In this document: one piece after another, positions 60,600-64,000 of the stretch | Position numbering within the stretch: the first letter of the stretch is position 1 | Layout: each line of letters starts with the position of its first letter | Source of the DNA: Monocercomonoides exilis PA203 | Lineage: Eukaryota; Protista; Preaxostyla | Reading direction: 5' to 3' | DNA: 64,000 nucleotides | Assembly (NCBI GenBank): GCA_001643675.2 | Contig: LSRY02000005.1 | Location: 930,001 to 994,000, forward strand | Program-made: the position numbers and the translations under genes | Notes under the pieces: generated by a model | Told to the model about the DNA's origin: nothing | Databases searched by the model: none | The model's input: only the letters and a program-made list of their open reading frames with translations

Positions 60600-61583
60600 T
60601 ATTTTTAAATGCATCTTCAAAGACGTTGAATGAAAAAGCGAGTATTCTACACTATGAACTTTGTTTAATTGTTATTGAAGATGTTGACGCGAGGGAGCAT
60701 CTTGATGAAAAACATGAAATAAAATGAGATCTTTGTTGAGAATAATTATATCCGCTTCAACATCTGAAAAATATGATTTTGACCCTTACAATTCATATGT
60801 TATCTGAAAATAACGATATTTAACGATATTGAAGAGAATATAAATTGGAGAAGCATATTATTTACGTTATAGGTTTTTGTTTTATGAAAATTATGCTATC
60901 AATAAGTTGAAGATAGAGCGTTTTGGAGAAATGACAAAGCTCAACGTTACATTCGGAAACGATCAATGAAGACACAAACACTTTGATTCAATGAAAATGA
61001 TCGAAATTTTATATTATTACAATACAAACTTTCAAAAGTTCTGCATATAACAATTTTTACACATTAAATTCAAAGCTAAAAGAACATTTACGTAAAAAAC
61101 TGGAGAAACGAAAATGATATTGTGCAACGGACAATTAAGTTACATTTAACAATATGATAAAATAATCAAATGAATTATCTATGAATGTGTGAAAAGTTTT
61201 TTTTAACTTGTTTTAAATATTTTGTTTTTGTTTCAAAAACATTTTTTCGTATTCTTGACAGAATTTCATTGCCGATGCATTTTATGTTTTCGGATTGAAA
61301 TTAAAAGTTAGGTATGCTTTAAAGATTTTAATGTAATGAAAGAGATAGAAACAATTTAAAAGCGTGCTCAAAGGGCAATAACTTGTTATATTTAAAGAGT
61401 TGCTGCCAAATAATTCACGCGAAAGAAAAACGAGAGTGAAAAGAGTGAATAGTTTCGGTGCATTGTGTTTGTTTTTTGCAAATACATGCGCATTTGACTG
61501 ATTTACTTTAATTTAATTTGAATTAATACTCTTGAAATATTTATTTTTTTCAAATGATGTTGGGATAATTTTTTTTTCTTTTT

Positions 61584-61631
<48 letters not shown>

Positions 61632-63342
61632 TTTTTTTTTTTTTTTATGTTTGACCTTTTTTTAAATGATTGATTTTTCGTTGATTACAAAATGATGTTT
61701 ATTCTTTATATTTTAATTTGCAGGGCAATGATTTGATACAGCTAAATGAAAACACATTTGGAGCAGTTCTTTGAATATGTAACACTCAAGCAATTGATCA
61801 AATTTACAGTGGTTTATGATGAAATATGTTGAAAGTTCAATTGAATTATGTTCAAGATGGAGGAAGACAATAACTTTTCACGAAACAAGAGAAAAAACCA
61901 ACAACTTGGCTTTTGAAACGATGGGACGAGATTGATGAAGGAAAGAATTTCTTTTGAGTTCAAAACAATTGAGATTGAAATATACATAATCAAGAGAGGA
62001 AAAAGATATGACATTATGAAATTGTTTGCCAGATGACAAGAAATAATGAACTTAGAAGTATGATAAAGAGAGAAAGTGAAAGAAAGTTAGAGTTTGAGAA
62101 TTATGTACAATCTTTGGAATGTTATCATTTGAAAGATCAAAAGAAAGCATCGATGTTTGCGGTAATATCGCACTGATATTATCGCCAAAACCACGATGCA
62201 ACAGAAACAAATCACTTTAACATTTCTGATAAGCAGAATGAAATTTCTGTTCTGACTTGGAATAGTTGGAGTAATTTAACAATCTTTTTATAATCTTGTC
62301 ATCTTATTTTTTATTTAACTTTTTTTTTACAAGGATTCATTTATTTTGAACTTTCAAAAATTGTTAGTGATATGAAATTTGATGAATTTGAATTATTATT
62401 CAAGAAATTTAGACTAAAAGATTATTTGTGAATCAGTTATGAGTTGACAATTATCGAAAAGAATTGCGTAATTATTTCAAAGAGTTCCATCCATTTGCAA
62501 CCGTTGAATAGAGAAGAGGTTTGTTCGAGTTGAAGTGAATTGAAAGAATGCAAAATGATAGATATTTTATTGAATGAACTTGGTGTTGTTTGAAGCTGCG
62601 TGTTTAATATGTTTGAGACTTAACTTAGTTTCAAGCAATAACACACACGCAAACAAAGAAAATGAAAGTTAAATGTCAGCTTTGCTTGGAGTTTTATGCT
62701 ATACAAAATTGACAAAGTTCCTATCAAACATTGAATTATATATGTCAAAGAATTTTATATCTCTTCAACTTAATTAATTTTAATTATTTTGTTTTATTTT
62801 TGTTGATTATTGATTCTATAGAGAGAAAAAGTGGATCGAGCATATAACACGAGAATAATTCCATGGATAAAATTTGAAAATCGAAATAAAAAAGGTATTT
62901 TACATAGAGATGCGACTTTTTACAAGTTAAAGCAGAAATGAAAGTATTTGCTGATTGTAATGAAACAAATTTATTTTATTTAAATTTTCTGCGAAAAGAA
63001 ACGAAGGGAATCTAACGCCACAGATAGAATTAAAATAAAACTTATGCTTTATTTTGATTTGTGAAAGTGGCATAATGCAATCCTTCAATATTTTTCTCCT
63101 GAACTTTTCATTTTTTCATATTTTGCTTTAATCTACAAGAAGTTTAGTATTTATCATTATTGTTATTAATGTTGTATTTATTTCTATTATTTAGTATTCT
63201 TTTATATTGTATTCAGAATACATTTACCGTTCATCATTTATCCATTTGCAGTATTCTTGAATGTAAGTTACTTGAGAAGGATGAGATAGAGCATGTGCAA
63301 AATTCATTGCTGAAAGAAGCGCTCACAAAATTGTATGTTTAA
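60600..63342 (+). pseudogene. Possible decayed multi-exon gene
   Basis: Several AG|purine-rich block|GT segments (about 61262-61311, 61724-62260, 62822-62894, 63216-63342), the longer ones broken by stops. No product identifiable. Confidence 0.3.
61569..61646. repeat. (TTTC)n/(T)n microsatellite
   Basis: Read directly from the sequence. Confidence 0.9.
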
Positions 63343-63442
63343 CCGGGAAAAAAAGAGAAAGAGAAAAAGAAAAGAAAATGATGCTCACTATATTTACCAT
63401 AAGCGCTTGTTAATCTGAGTAGAAAAAGAAGATATTTTTGAT

Positions 63443-64000
63443 TTAATGATACTTGGAAAGAAAAGGAATCAATTGCGTTTTCACTTTGTGTCTTTCTTTT
63501 ATTTGATGAGAAAGGCGCCATTCAACCACGCAAAGAATAAAAATCAAAGCAACTGAAAGAAATGCAACAGAGGCAAAAAATAGAATTTGCATTGCAAATC
63601 TATTTTTGTGGTGAAGTTGTTCATTCCAGTTGCTGACATTTGATATCATTTATTTTGAATTTTAAATAGATTCTTTTATTAATCATTTGAATTACTCATT
63701 TAAAATTTTTTTTGTGTTTTACAGCTTTGCTTATTTTAAACAGGGAGCATTTCTTTCATTGCTGTTTCACAGGAAAAGAATGAAACAACAAAGCAGCTGA
63801 TACATGCACTCGTTATAATCAACAATTTTAATCGAACCATTTAGGTTATTTTACAGTATGACGGGGATTTATCAAAAGAGAATGAGCGATCAATGCACTT
63901 ATTACAATTCAATGCTTTGGTCAATGGGCCTTGGATTAAAATAGGTGCCAGAAGTATTTGCGGTTTTTAATTCTTCAGAATAGGATTATTTTAAAATCAT
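63443..64000 (-). CDS. Possible 3' exons of a membrane-protein gene entering from beyond the window
   Basis: Short open blocks (QILLAPILIQGPLTKALNC.., LLIITSACISCFVVSFFSC.., ..AMQILFFASVAFLSVALIFILCVVEWR..) separated by AT-rich intron-like gaps. Splice junctions not resolved. Confidence 0.35.

Noticed and set aside
1-64000. tRNA, rRNA, telomeric repeats or an autonomous transposase
   Set aside because: None recognised by eye. A tRNAscan-SE/Infernal run would be needed to exclude small RNAs.

Overview
AT-rich eukaryotic genomic DNA with short GT-AG introns and the standard genetic code. The gene families and style point to an oxymonad, most like Monocercomonoides (inference, not a database result). 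From 1 to 32.3 kb there is a truncated low-complexity gene, then three giant single-pass surface proteins built from CG..PC/GGA beta-helix modules (2, 4 and 3 modules). Two of these sit head-to-head, end in a degenerate kinase-like tail and share about 0.9 kb of essentially identical sequence in inverted orientation. The 5.5 kb between them is a nest of at least three MITE families plus a broken palindrome. From 33 to 56.5 kb is a compact gene block: an ARM-like expanded-family gene, a hypothetical protein, a divergent importin-alpha, a Kelch-FYVE protein, a RING-H2 E3 ligase, carbamate kinase, TTC4/Cns1 and a large disordered protein. From 57 to 64 kb is a 1.87 kb foldback element with an 8-bp TSD whose 587-bp identical arms are largely a dead host-gene fragment, followed by another MITE, microsatellites and decayed gene remnants. 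Best candidates for something new: (1) a modular receptor-pseudokinase family with a constant tail and mosaic ectodomains of opposite strand skew; (2) a recurring pattern of arm-to-arm homogenisation in inverted repeats; (3) the gene-capturing foldback element; (4) TGA stops in 10 of 11 complete genes. All alignments were done by eye.
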